Source of the DNA: Candidatus Bathyarchaeota archaeon
GTDB taxonomy: Archaea > Thermoproteota > Bathyarchaeia > TCS64
NCBI GenBank assembly: GCA_963771885.1
Contig: CAVYVF010000023.1
Coordinates: 192,001-256,000 of the forward strand
Length of the DNA: 64,000 nucleotides
Direction: 5' to 3'
Shown: piece after piece, positions 25,601 to 36,140 of the stretch
How positions within the stretch are numbered: the stretch's first letter is position 1
Layout: every line of letters begins with the position of its first letter
Notes under the pieces: generated by a model
What the model was told of the DNA's origin: nothing
Seen by the model: only the letters and a program-made list of their open reading frames with translations
Databases searched by the model: none
Position numbers and translations under genes: made by a program

Positions 25601-27250
25601 CTAGTGGGCCGCGGGCCTTACCCATCCGCCGTAGACGGGATATCGGCAGCATATGACCTCTATGAAGGCGGGGCGCCCCTTCTTGTTCTCTTTGAGCGCC
25701 ACCTTGAGGGCGGGTGCCACGTCGTCGGGGTTCTCAACCCTCTCCGCGTGCATACCAATCGCCTCCGCCATCTTCGCCGTCTGATAGACGTCCGCCTTCG
25801 TCACCTCGCAGGCGAACGGTGTGTGGCCGCTGCCCCAGAAGCCAGGGCCGTAACCGCTGAAGCCGCCGTTGTTTATGTGGACAGTAGTAATTCCCATCTT
25901 GTGCCTGACGAGCGCCTCGTAGTCACCCATCTGGTAGCTCACACCCGCGTCCCCCGTAACGCTTACCACCTGTCTCTTCGGGTAGGCAAGCTTCGCCCCC
26001 ATCGCTGCGGCTAGGCCGAAGCCGAGCGTCGACACGTTGCCCCAAGCCATGAAGCCGTGCTCAATCACCGAATCGTAGATCGTGGTCAGCTGGTCGCGGG
26101 TGTTCCCCGACTCGTGCGTGACAACGCTGTTCATCGGGTCAAGGGCATTGATGATCTCAGCGTAGACCCTGTAGGGGTTTATCGGCTTCTCGCTCGACTC
26201 CATGAATGTGCGATACTTCGTCATCTTCTCCTCCTTCGCCGTCGCGACCTCAGTTTCGACACCTTTCCTCGGCTTCGCCTTCTGTTTCTCGGCCTCGGCT
26301 ATCATCTGTGTGAGCACCAGTTTGGAGTCGCCGACGATGGCGTGGTCGGTGCGGGTCGCCCTGTTCAGGTCCTGCTCGTCGATCGTGCACTGTATTACGG
26401 TCTTTCCCCTCGTGGGCACCTCGTGGCCGAAGCTCGTTGGCCCAAGGCTCGCGCCGATGGCGAGGACGAGGTCGGATCCCTTCAGCCATCTCTCCGCCGG
26501 TACGTCGCGGACGCCGAGGCTAAGCGGGTGGTTCTCGGGGAAGCAGCTTTTCCCCATCAGCGTCGTGAGCACCGGCGTCCCTGTCAGCTCCGCGAATCGC
26601 ATCAGCTCGGCGCACGCGTCACCGAAGAATACGCCCTGCCCGGCATAGATCATAGGCATCTTCGCGTGAAGAAGCGCCTTCACCGCCTTCTCGACATCAG
26701 CTGGGTCACCCGAAGGCCTCCAGCCCTTCACGGGGGTGTAGGGGTGCTCGGCTGGATCGTAGTCCTCGAGGCCGCGTGGTAGCTGGAGCATGACCGGACT
26801 CGGGCGACCGCTGCGCAGCTGCGTGTAGGCTCGGCGGACGAACTCTGGGACGCGCCGCCCCTGGTTTATGAAGCCACTCCACTTCGTGACGCCGCGGAAA
26901 CCGTCCTCGATGTTGAAACGCTCACGCGCCGCAGCGGCATTGGGCACTCCGTCGGTTAAGCATAGGACGGGGGACGAGTCCTCGTACGCCTGAGCAAGCG
27001 CGCCATAGGCCATCTCAGTTCCAGCCGCGTTCAGCCCACCCATCACGGCGGAGACACCGATCTTCCTTCCGCTTGTCGCCCTGCTGTACGCGTCGGCAAC
27101 GGCGACCGCAAATCTCTCCGTCCTCACCATGATAAGTGGCATCCCCTCCTCACCACAGGCGTTGACGAAGATATTCGTCGGGAAAGTGCATATCCATTCG
27201 GTCCCCTCCTCGCGGAGGAGTTTGACCAACCCGTTTACAGCTTTGACCAA
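25601..27250 (-). CDS. Thiamine-pyrophosphate-requiring enzyme (acetolactate synthase-like fold)
   Basis: RTERFAVAVADAYSR, TGDAG...NNG TPP-binding motif; TTG start inferred at 27250. Confidence 0.85.
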   Translation of the reverse strand: MVKAVNGLVKLLREEGTEWICTFPTNIFVNACGEEGMPLIMVRTERFAVAVADAYSRATSGRKIGVSAVMGGLNAAGTEMAYGALAQAYEDSSPVLCLTDGVPNAAAARERFNIEDGFRGVTKWSGFINQGRRVPEFVRRAYTQLRSGRPSPVMLQLPRGLEDYDPAEHPYTPVKGWRPSGDPADVEKAVKALLHAKMPMIYAGQGVFFGDACAELMRFAELTGTPVLTTLMGKSCFPENHPLSLGVRDVPAERWLKGSDLVLAIGASLGPTSFGHEVPTRGKTVIQCTIDEQDLNRATRTDHAIVGDSKLVLTQMIAEAEKQKAKPRKGVETEVATAKEEKMTKYRTFMESSEKPINPYRVYAEIINALDPMNSVVTHESGNTRDQLTTIYDSVIEHGFMAWGNVSTLGFGLAAAMGAKLAYPKRQVVSVTGDAGVSYQMGDYEALVRHKMGITTVHINNGGFSGYGPGFWGSGHTPFACEVTKADVYQTAKMAEAIGMHAERVENPDDVAPALKVALKENKKGRPAFIEVICCRYPVYGGWVRPAAH

Positions 27251-27299
27251 GACAAACCACTTGGTCAGAGATGGGTTTAGATGGGTAAAAAATGCTCGA

Positions 27300-28208
27300 C
27301 TACATCTGGCGCAAGCGCTGAATGCGGTCCTCAAGGGGGGGATGCGTGGCGAAGAGGTTGTCGAGGGCGGTATGGTTCGGGTCGCTAATGAAGAGGGGGC
27401 TGACCGCCTCGTCAACCTTCATCTTGCCCGGGTTAGAGTGCTTTATCTTCTCCAGTGCTGAGGCGAGACCTTCGGGGAACCGGGTCAGCTCTGCGCCGCT
27501 CGCATCGGCCAGGTACTCCCTCCTACGGTTTATCGCGTACTGGACGAGCGCGACGGCGATCGGCGCGATTATCGCCAGAATCAAGCCGAGGAGCATCACG
27601 GCGACCTCGAAGCCCCCTCCGCCGCGGTCCCTGCTCTTGCGCCGGGAACCACCCATCCAGCTCCACTGCCTAATAATGCTGCTGAGTATCGAGACGAGAC
27701 CGACGAGTACAGCGACGAAGGTCATGAACTGTATGTCCCTGTTGCGTATGTGGCTCATCTCGTGGGCGACGACGCCTTCAAGCTCCGCCCTGTTGAGCTT
27801 CTGGAGAGCCCCCGTAGTGACCGCTATGCTAGAGTGCTCGGGGTCCTTCCCGGTGGCGAAGGCGTTGATCTCGGGGCTGTCCATCACGTAGACCTTGGGC
27901 ATCGGCATCCCCGCGGCAATCGAGAGGCCCTCTGAGACGTTGTTGAGGTAGATGTACTCGTTGCCTTCAGCGGGGTGAGCTCCCGTAGCGGCGATGACTA
28001 TCTGGTCGCCGTACTGGTAACTGCCCCACGTGTAGACAATAATCAGAATGGCGCTTATGGGGAGGACGATGATTAGGTCCTGTGGCGCGAAGATGTAAGC
28101 AAACGAGTAAACGAGGCCGAAGAGGATTAGCGACACCACTATCGCTAGGAGGATGCTGTCCCTCCGGTTCCTCCTCTGCTCCTCGAAGAACGTCCGCCGC
28201 TGCTCCAT
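27300..28208 (-). CDS. htpX: Zinc metalloprotease HtpX (M48)
   Basis: NAFATG, HEMSHIRNRD, REYLAD, THPPLEDRI. Confidence 0.92.
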   Translation of the reverse strand: MEQRRTFFEEQRRNRRDSILLAIVVSLILFGLVYSFAYIFAPQDLIIVLPISAILIIVYTWGSYQYGDQIVIAATGAHPAEGNEYIYLNNVSEGLSIAAGMPMPKVYVMDSPEINAFATGKDPEHSSIAVTTGALQKLNRAELEGVVAHEMSHIRNRDIQFMTFVAVLVGLVSILSSIIRQWSWMGGSRRKSRDRGGGGFEVAVMLLGLILAIIAPIAVALVQYAINRRREYLADASGAELTRFPEGLASALEKIKHSNPGKMKVDEAVSPLFISDPNHTALDNLFATHPPLEDRIQRLRQM

Positions 28209-28777
28209 CAGAACTGTACCTTCGGTGCCTGCCTCTCGCCCTCAGGTATAGCGATGAACTCGCGCTTGCTGCGCCCGCCCGCAAACCAGATGCCGGGTAT
28301 AGTCGTGATCAGGTTGTTGAAGTTGAGCACGCTAGTGTTGAAGAACTGGCGCGCGTAGGCGATCTTATCCTCGATGCCCTGAAGCTGCTCCTGAAGTAGC
28401 TTGAAGTTCTCGTTCGCCTTGAGCTGCGGATACGCCTCGGCCACGGCGAAGAGCTGACGGAGCGTCGAGGTGAGCATGTTGCTCGCCTCCATCCTCTCCT
28501 GTGGGGTGCCGCTGATCATGCCAGCGCGGGCCATGGCGACCTTCTCGAAGATCTCCCTCTCATGCTTTGCATACCCCTTGACCGTCTCGACGAGGTTCGG
28601 GATCAGATCGTACCTCTTCTTGAGCTGGACGTCGATCTGGCTCCAGGCCTCATCGATCTGGTTCTCGTACATCCTTATCCTGTTGTAGTACGAGAAGTAG
28701 AGCCCTACGAGGATCAGGGCGACGACTACTACCGCCCCGATCAAACCGATCGTGAAGATGTCCATTTTTCTTCCCAT
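28208..28777 (-). CDS. lemA: LemA family protein
   Basis: WSQIDVQLKKRYDLIPNLVETVKGYAKHE, EAYPQLKANENF. Confidence 0.95.
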   Translation of the reverse strand: MGRKMDIFTIGLIGAVVVVALILVGLYFSYYNRIRMYENQIDEAWSQIDVQLKKRYDLIPNLVETVKGYAKHEREIFEKVAMARAGMISGTPQERMEASNMLTSTLRQLFAVAEAYPQLKANENFKLLQEQLQGIEDKIAYARQFFNTSVLNFNNLITTIPGIWFAGGRSKREFIAIPEGERQAPKVQF

Positions 28778-28829
28778 TGAAGTAAAGAAAGCTAACCCTA
28801 AAAGGTTATTGAATATAGTCTAAATAGTT

Positions 28830-30035
28830 CTATGCGCGGGGCTTCACGCCGTTCTTCCCCGGGAGGGTCTCGACTCCGAACATGTGGGTTGCTGCTGCGA
28901 CGAGTAGGATTATGCCGCTCATGACATAGAAGGGGGCTGCTAAGCCGAAGCCGTCGGCGACGGCGCCGAGCATTATTGGCCCGATTAGGCTTCCGATGTC
29001 TCCGAAGAAGCGGAATATGCCCATGCTTGTGCCGCGTGGCTCACCGATGGTGGCGTCGGTCGCCATAGCGAGGGGAGCCTGCTGCATTCCGCTCGTCCCA
29101 ATGCCCATTACGAAGGATACGGCGCAGAGTAGTGTGAAGGAGTTGAACTGCGGGAATAGCGCCATGGAGATGGCGGAGACTATGAGACCGAAGACCACGA
29201 TGGGCTTCCTGCCTATGAGGTCGATGCCGTAACCGATGGGTATGGTTAGTATTAGGTTAGCGATCGTTGCCACGCTGAGTATCATGCCTATTTCCGCGGG
29301 GCCTAAGCCCGCCTCCGCCGTGTAGAAGGGCAGTATATCCTGCCTGATGCCTGAGACTAGGAAGAACGCAGTCGCGCTGGCTAGCGAGGCGAATATGAAG
29401 CCCTTGTTCTTTAGGAGCCTGAGCGTCAGGTCCTTGGGGAAGGCGAGTTCGCCGCTGTGCGCCTTTCCGCTTTCAGTCTCCTTGATGAAGACGTAGGTTA
29501 GCGCGAGGCTAACCAAGCCTGTAGCGGCGTAGAAGTAGAAGTTGGCCTGAGCCCCGTACCACGTGGCTATGAAGCCGCCTATCGTCGGCCCCGCAGCCTG
29601 CCCTATGGTCTGGAAGCTCTGGAAGTAGCCTAGGACGCGTCCCCTCTCCTCCGGCTTGAGTATGTCGGCGAGGAGCGTCGTCCGGCTCGTCATCCACATG
29701 CTCGCGCCCATACCCTGTATGAAGCGATAGAACAGGAAGAGCCAGAAGTTGTCTGCTGTGGCGTTTAGGAATGCGCAGATCGCTATCAGCGCGGTCCCGA
29801 TGATCATGAGGGGTCTGCGCCCTATCTTGTCCGCGAGGACCCCGGCGGGGAAGTCCATGATGAGACGCCCGACGCTGTAGACGGTGATGACCATCCCTGC
29901 GAGGAAGATGCTGACGCCGAAGCTCTGCGCGTAGAGGGTCAACACGGGGGAGACTATCCCCATGCCCACGAAGATGAAGAACGAAGGTACATAGATCGAG
30001 AGGATGTCGCTTGTCCTTGACCTGTCCGCCAACAT
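28830..30035 (-). CDS. MFS transporter
   Basis: About 12 TM helices; GVLADKIGRR motif A. Confidence 0.9.
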   Translation of the reverse strand: MLADRSRTSDILSIYVPSFFIFVGMGIVSPVLTLYAQSFGVSIFLAGMVITVYSVGRLIMDFPAGVLADKIGRRPLMIIGTALIAICAFLNATADNFWLFLFYRFIQGMGASMWMTSRTTLLADILKPEERGRVLGYFQSFQTIGQAAGPTIGGFIATWYGAQANFYFYAATGLVSLALTYVFIKETESGKAHSGELAFPKDLTLRLLKNKGFIFASLASATAFFLVSGIRQDILPFYTAEAGLGPAEIGMILSVATIANLILTIPIGYGIDLIGRKPIVVFGLIVSAISMALFPQFNSFTLLCAVSFVMGIGTSGMQQAPLAMATDATIGEPRGTSMGIFRFFGDIGSLIGPIMLGAVADGFGLAAPFYVMSGIILLVAAATHMFGVETLPGKNGVKPRA

Positions 30036-30174
30036 CGCGCCTTCTAGATTCCTACGCAGAACCGTCCACAGCGATTTAAAGTTGCCTTAGGAGATACTAC
30101 GATCCTATCTCGTCGGGAGCTTGCGGGGATTATATCGAGGGGAAGAGCGATAATGTGAAGGTTTAACCCGAGCC

Positions 30175-31401
30175 TTAAACCGATGCGCTTCTGCTGAATC
30201 TCGTCCGTATTATCTCCTTGGCGAATAAAGCGACCATCAGAGCGCTGAAAACAAGGAGGGCGTCCATCGCCCAGAAGGGCGCGTGCAGGTCGGATGCATC
30301 TGCTATCGCGCTGAGCGCCACGGGGCCGATCATCGAACCGAGGTCACCCATGAGCCTATAGACGCCCATGGCTAAGCCTCGGCGCTCGTTCTGCGTCGCA
30401 TCCGTCGCGAGGGCGAGGGGCGCCTGGCCCGCTCCGCCTGATGCTAACCCCATCACGAGGGCAGCGATTACGAGCCCCCAGTAATCCTTGGCGTAGACGA
30501 AGCCGATGTCGGCAGCAGCCATTATCAGAATGTTCCAAATTATCACTGGCTTCCTCCCGAGGAGGTCGATAGCGTAGCCGATCGGGACTGTGATGATCAG
30601 GTTAGTTATCGTCGCGTAGCCGAGGATAGTCCCGATCGCGGCGGGATCCATACCGAGCTCGTTCGCCGCGTAGAGGGGAAGTATGTCGGTGCGTATACCC
30701 GAGCGCTGGAAGAAGACAACGAACGTGGCGAAGCAAGCCATCGCGTAGGTCTGGTTCTTCAGCAGGCGGACGACATCACCCAGCTTGAAGAGGTGCTCGC
30801 CCCCGACCTTCACCTTAACAATTCCCTTGGGCTCGAAGATGAGGAAGTATGTCAGCAGGACGCAGATGGCGCCTGTGACGGTGTAGGCGTAGAACGGGGC
30901 GGCTATCCCCCATGCGGCGGCGACGAAGCCGCCGATGACCGGCCCCGCGCTCTGTCCTATGAGCATGAAGGCTTGGAAGTAGCCCATGATGCGCCCCCTC
31001 TCTTCGGGCTTGAGGATGTCGGCTAGCAGCGTTTGTCTGCTCGTCATCCACATACCGCTTCCAACGCCTTCTAGGAACCTGTAGACGAGGTAAAGGCCGA
31101 AGTCCGATGCCGAGGCGTTTAGGAAGGCGGTGATCATGACGAGGATGCTGCCGATTATCATGACGGGTCTGCGCCCGTACCTGTCGGCGGCTATACCCGC
31201 GGGGATGTCGGCGATGAACCTCCCGAAGGCGTGCGCGGTGATGGCGAGGCTCGCCACGGCGAGGCTGACGCCGAAGCTCTGCGCGTAGAGGCTGATGATG
31301 GGGCTGACGATGCTCATCCCCACCATATTGAAGAAGCTGGGGACGTAGATGCTCAGGATGTCGTTAATGACGGTTCTTCTCTGAGTTTCTTCCCCAGCCG
31401 T
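30175..31401 (-). CDS. MFS transporter, paralogue of the preceding gene; start uncertain
   Basis: AADRYGRR motif. In-frame NDILSIYVPSFFN upstream of ATG 31326 matches TM1 of the paralogue. Confidence 0.85.
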   Translation of the reverse strand, partial: TAGEETQRRTVINDILSIYVPSFFNMVGMSIVSPIISLYAQSFGVSLAVASLAITAHAFGRFIADIPAGIAADRYGRRPVMIIGSILVMITAFLNASASDFGLYLVYRFLEGVGSGMWMTSRQTLLADILKPEERGRIMGYFQAFMLIGQSAGPVIGGFVAAAWGIAAPFYAYTVTGAICVLLTYFLIFEPKGIVKVKVGGEHLFKLGDVVRLLKNQTYAMACFATFVVFFQRSGIRTDILPLYAANELGMDPAAIGTILGYATITNLIITVPIGYAIDLLGRKPVIIWNILIMAAADIGFVYAKDYWGLVIAALVMGLASGGAGQAPLALATDATQNERRGLAMGVYRLMGDLGSMIGPVALSAIADASDLHAPFWAMDALLVFSALMVALFAKEIIRTRFSRSASV

Positions 31402-31443
31402 GGCCCAGCCCTCGTATAGGGATCGTGGGTGAATATTGGTTGG

Positions 31444-32427
31444 TTAAAGCTTATCGGCGATGCCCAGCCGCTTCAGCATCCTGATGGCGCGCAGGGTTAT
31501 CCACTTCGAGGGCTTCCCCTTCTCCTCGATGTCCACCCACATCTTGCCGTTATACGTGTTTTCGAGCAGCCACCTTCCATCCGGCTGCCTCGCCTCGAGG
31601 ACGATGTCAATCGCTGGCTGCATCCTGTCGTCGTGAACGCCGAGTCTCGTCAAGGTGTCGAGCACCTCGAGGACGTCGGACTGGTAGAAGAGGGGGAATC
31701 CGAGCTTCTTCCACCCTGTCTTGTCCTTGCGGGAGCCGTCAGGGTTCCGTAGATATCTGTATACCAAGTTCTCGAGGATGTTCCGCGTCTCGCGGTCGAT
31801 GACGGCCTGCATGTCCTTGCCCCGTTTCTCCGGGGGGATCGCGGAGAGAGAGCGGAGCATCTTGGTTGCGCCCATGTAGCAGTTCTTGGGGAAGACGGTA
31901 GACTCGTTTATCGGGTAGCTCCGGCACCGCCAACCGGCGTTCTCATCGTCATGGTAGCCATTGGTAAAGTCGATGAGGCGCCTCGTCCGGGGGTCGTCGA
32001 GGTAGCCAAAGTGAACGAGGTAGCGGAGTACGTTTCCGTCGATGCAGCAGCCGTCCTTGATAATGCTAGCCTGACCCTTCTTCGTCGCGGGTAACTCGAT
32101 TAGGAAGTGGCCGGAGTCCCTTTGGAACCGGTAGATGTGCTCGATGGCCCTCTCGATCGCGGGCGTCCTCTTCGTCCCGAGCTCGGCGAGGATGAGGAGC
32201 GAGTGTGTTGTCGCCGTGTACTTGGGCAGATACATGTCCCCCTCTTTGACCCACCAGCCGCCCGGCTCCTGGTTATCGAATATCGCCTTCACCGGCGGCG
32301 AACTCATGATCATCTCCTGCGCCTCAAGCACAGCCGGATCATCTTGTGGCTTGCCTTTAACGTCCTGGAGTGCCCAGAACCTAACGCTGGGGTCATCCGA
32401 TTCGAGAAGCCAGGTCTCCACATCCAT
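31444..32427 (-). CDS. Conserved alpha/alpha-barrel (prenyltransferase/squalene-cyclase-repeat-like) protein
   Basis: WLLE..DPSVR, QEPGGWW, QPDGRW repeats, KPSKWITL. Confidence 0.6.
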   Translation of the reverse strand: MDVETWLLESDDPSVRFWALQDVKGKPQDDPAVLEAQEMIMSSPPVKAIFDNQEPGGWWVKEGDMYLPKYTATTHSLLILAELGTKRTPAIERAIEHIYRFQRDSGHFLIELPATKKGQASIIKDGCCIDGNVLRYLVHFGYLDDPRTRRLIDFTNGYHDDENAGWRCRSYPINESTVFPKNCYMGATKMLRSLSAIPPEKRGKDMQAVIDRETRNILENLVYRYLRNPDGSRKDKTGWKKLGFPLFYQSDVLEVLDTLTRLGVHDDRMQPAIDIVLEARQPDGRWLLENTYNGKMWVDIEEKGKPSKWITLRAIRMLKRLGIADKL

Positions 32428-32497
32428 AGGAAATGCCTCTGATCAGATTCCTCGTTTTAAAGATAAAGGCTAACTGGGCACAATCGGCATGGCTATT

Positions 32498-33205
32498 TCA
32501 TGCCTTGAGCTTGAAGTGGACTATCTTCTTCCCCTTCTTCGCGTCCTCTAGGCGCAGCTCCGCAAGGTGCCCGATCTCCCTTGTGTTCTTTACGTGGGTG
32601 CCGAAGCAGAAGGTCGAAGCGTAGGTGCCGATGTCGACTATTCGCAGGCGGTCGACGCTCCGCGGTATTTTTTGGAGGAAGCTGATCTTACGCGGGTCGC
32701 CGGAGGCGTCTATCTTGGCGCGGTCCTCGAAGTAGACGCGAACAGGGGCGTCCTCGTTGACTATATCGTCGAAGCGGCGTCCCACGGCGGCTATCTGCTC
32801 CGCGGTGAGGCTGGATGGTTGGTACTCCAGTTTCTCAAGGTCGCTGAATATCTTCGGCGGCTCCCCCTGCGCCTCGATTAGGCCGGTGAGGAGGTGCTCG
32901 GCCGAGTGGCGCCGCATGTTCCAGCTGCGCGTCGGCCAGTCAATGGCGCCGTGAACCAGAGTGCCGGTGGGAATGTCGGTATTGAGATAGTGGTATATCT
33001 CAATCCCCCTCTTCACGACCTTGCCCACCTTCGCCTCGCCCCCCGCGTGACGCAGGGCGCCTACGTCGCTGGGTTGCCCGCCAGAGTCCGGGTAGAAGGC
33101 GGTTCTGTCGAGGACAACGAATCTCGGTCCCGCCTTCACGACCGTCGCGTCGAATTCTGTAAGATGACTGTCATCGGCATAGAGTGGAAGGCTGTTGGCG
33201 CTCAT
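32498..33205 (-). CDS. alaX: Trans-editing alanyl-tRNA deacylase AlaX
   Basis: LDRTAFYPDSGGQPSD, HSAEHLL and CFGTH Zn motifs. Confidence 0.88.
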   Translation of the reverse strand: MSANSLPLYADDSHLTEFDATVVKAGPRFVVLDRTAFYPDSGGQPSDVGALRHAGGEAKVGKVVKRGIEIYHYLNTDIPTGTLVHGAIDWPTRSWNMRRHSAEHLLTGLIEAQGEPPKIFSDLEKLEYQPSSLTAEQIAAVGRRFDDIVNEDAPVRVYFEDRAKIDASGDPRKISFLQKIPRSVDRLRIVDIGTYASTFCFGTHVKNTREIGHLAELRLEDAKKGKKIVHFKLKA

Positions 33206-33380
33206 GCCGGATAAGGGGACCCGCCCCCGAATCAGCTTTACGCCGCTGCCTTCGCCTTCACTCGGTTCTTGCGGGCAAACAGTTGGATCTGAGACATGAT
33301 CGCGTGCGCGGCGGGTTCCGGAATAAGGGTTGTACCGGCAATTGACGGAAACTAGAATGCTAAAAAATGGAGAAAAATTG

Positions 33381-35151
33381 TTACTTCCGCTTCAGCTTCT
33401 TGTATAGGAGCCAGAAGAGGCCACCACCGGCAGCCAATAGCAGTAACCCGTAAATGCTCCACGAGGACTCGACGTTCACCGTGACTCTTATAGACTGCTC
33501 ATCCGTCGACACCTCATCTGAGGTGGCGGAAACCTTCACGAGGTAGTCCTTTGCGGATGTGCCAGTAGGCGGCGTTATCGATAGTGTAAAGATTGCCTTC
33601 TCGTTGGGTTCTAGAGTTGTGACCTTAATCGGCGAGGGCACGACATCCCATCCGTCAGGGCTCGTTATCTCCAACTCGAGGTTGTTTATCGACGAGTAGC
33701 CCGTGTTTGTGAGGGTGACTACGTCCGTCGTTGTCGTGGCTGCGTTCGTCTCGAAGTACAGGGAGTCGACACTGATGTCGAGGCTGAATGAGCCGCCTAT
33801 GTTCGCCGCAAGAGTGATCGTGCCGGATGTGTAGTCGCTGTACGCCGTCACGTCGAAGGCGTGTTCCGCGTTCGTGCTATCGAGGGAGGGGGTGACGACG
33901 ACTTGGACCTCCTCGGACGAGTCCCCTGCGATCAGGAGAGAGTTGATACGTACGCCGGCGGATGACTTGAACGCGACGGTCCACCCGCTCGGGACGCCTT
34001 CGGCCTTGATTTTGACAAGTTGAGTCGCCCCGGGATTGGTTATTGTCACCGAGTAGGTGGCTGAGCCGCCCAGCGAGAGGGTTTGTGATGGATACTTTGA
34101 GGTTATGGAGAACTCAGGGCTCGTCACGTTTACCGTCACAGTGAGCGGGAGGGAGTCGGTCTTGCTGTCATAGGTCGCCTTCACGGAGAGCTATATAATC
34201 CCCCGTTGCGGCATCGTTCGGCACGTCACCGATGACGTGCAGGTTAACGCTCTCCCCAGCCCCGAGTGTTACAGCGTTGATCCTCTGCCCTTCCCCGTTC
34301 TCGACGTAGAACACCCATAACTCAGGCGAGTTAACGGAGAGCTGGAAGGTCTTCGAGTAGTAGAGAGGGTTCTTCAGTACCACCGTGAAGTCGACAGACT
34401 CGTCCGGAAGAACGCTCCTGCCGGTGTAAGTGCTGCTTAGTGCCTCGCCGTTCACGCCAACAACGTGGAGGTGGACGACATAGTCGACCTCAACCGCACT
34501 CGCCACTGTAACGACGATGTCGGCGTCTGAAGCGTTCATAGGAGCGATGACTTTGACAGTTAGTGAAGCCGAGCCTCCAGCTGGGATCAGGACACGAGAT
34601 ACTTGCTGATTCGCCGAGTTTAAGACGGTTGCACTGTAGCCATCAACAGTGGCAGCGGTGATGGATACAGCGTCGTCCTCACCGTTGTTCGATACGGTGA
34701 TGGGGATGCTGAATGTCTCGCCGTCGTGGATGAGAAGCGTGGAGGCTGTGGAGGATATGCCTAGGCTCTTCTCCATTGTAATCTTCCCCAGAGAGTATGT
34801 GAGTTCCGTCGCCACTCCGAGGTTGATATTAAGGGTAATCGTCTCGTATCCGGCCTTCTTGAAGACGACCGTGTAGGACGCCCGTTCCAAGCCCAACTTG
34901 AAGTTGCCGTAGGCGTCGCTCGTGGTCGTGCTCACTATGTTACCTTGCAGAGAATCCCCGCTTACGATGGCAAGCTCGGAGTAGACGGTGATTAGGACAT
35001 TACTCAGATACGAGTCATCCCCATCGATTATCGTGCCGGTTATCGAGTAGGAAGATGCCTGAACGGCGACCATAGGGCCGCAAAGCATGGCTACGATAAT
35101 CGCTAGTGCAAAAATCCGTGCCTTGATGTTATTCTTCTGCATCTCGGTCAC
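33381..35151 (-). CDS. Membrane-anchored surface protein with NEW3/COG1470 Ig-like repeats, frameshifted near 34192
   Basis: Signal peptide, carboxypeptidase-regulatory-like beta domain, repeated L.N.G...P.GW units, C-terminal TM plus KKLKRK. The two ORFs join on removing one base. Confidence 0.75.
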
Positions 35152-36140
35152 CTGATCTCCTGGCGCATGAAGATGACGTAGGCAGCCGCGAAGATGGCAA
35201 CAAGTAGTCCAACGAAGTATAGGAGGCTTGGAAGCGATGTCATCAGCGCGTCCATCACGCTAATCGACGTGACTGTCGGGGCGCCGCTCGTGAACTCGAG
35301 GGAGCTCGTTGTCAGCACTGAGTTGACTATGTTCTCGTATGCGGTGGAAGGGGAGAGGCCGGAGATGATCGTCCTCAGGCTGTCGAAGCCCGTCTGCTGC
35401 TGGAAGGACGGCCCCCCGGCGTCGGTGAACGTCATCCTGACGGGGTAGAGTATTTGCCCGATAGCGTAGCCAATGTTAGGTATTAGCTGGATCGACGCAA
35501 GCCAGACGATGACGGAAGCGAGCAGGGAGGTCGATGGAGAGGGAAGAACGATTGAGAGCAGGAGCCCGATGGCGAGGAAGATTGCCATGTACACGAGAGA
35601 CACGACGAAGAACATCGAGAGGCGTATCACTGTGTCCATCGTCATCTCGATTCCCGTGACGCTGATGAAGAGGCCCATACCGCCGAGGAATGTAACGACG
35701 GCGACCATCGTAACGGCGAGGAGGCCGCCCAGGTACTTGCCGTAGACAATAGAGTCGCGATAGATGGGGTAGCTGAGCAGCGTCTTCAGTGAGCCCCTCT
35801 GACGCTCATTGTTGATCGTATCGAAACTGATAGCGATGGCGAGGACTCCGCCAACTAGGCTAAAGTTCGTGATCATACTGTCAAGTGATCTGGAGAGGCT
35901 CTGCGCCGAGCCGAAGACCTGGATGGGTGCAGTTGTGAAGTTACCCGGGCGACCTGTGCCGCCCTGACCAGACGGGATGGTTATGGTTCCCACGGCGCCC
36001 TGCGACTCGCTGTAGCTGAGCCCGCCCTGATAGGCCGAGACGAGTATGACTATGAGGAGAGTGGCGAAGATGAGCATGAACTTTTTCTCCCCGATTATAT
36101 CGAGGAATTCCTTTTTCGCCATCGACATCATGCCGGCCAT
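35148..36140 (-). CDS. ABC-2/NosY-type ABC transporter permease
   Basis: KKEFLD, FDTINNERQRGSLKTLLSYP, F.RQEIR C-terminus. Confidence 0.88.
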   Translation of the reverse strand: MAGMMSMAKKEFLDIIGEKKFMLIFATLLIVILVSAYQGGLSYSESQGAVGTITIPSGQGGTGRPGNFTTAPIQVFGSAQSLSRSLDSMITNFSLVGGVLAIAISFDTINNERQRGSLKTLLSYPIYRDSIVYGKYLGGLLAVTMVAVVTFLGGMGLFISVTGIEMTMDTVIRLSMFFVVSLVYMAIFLAIGLLLSIVLPSPSTSLLASVIVWLASIQLIPNIGYAIGQILYPVRMTFTDAGGPSFQQQTGFDSLRTIISGLSPSTAYENIVNSVLTTSSLEFTSGAPTVTSISVMDALMTSLPSLLYFVGLLVAIFAAAYVIFMRQEIR

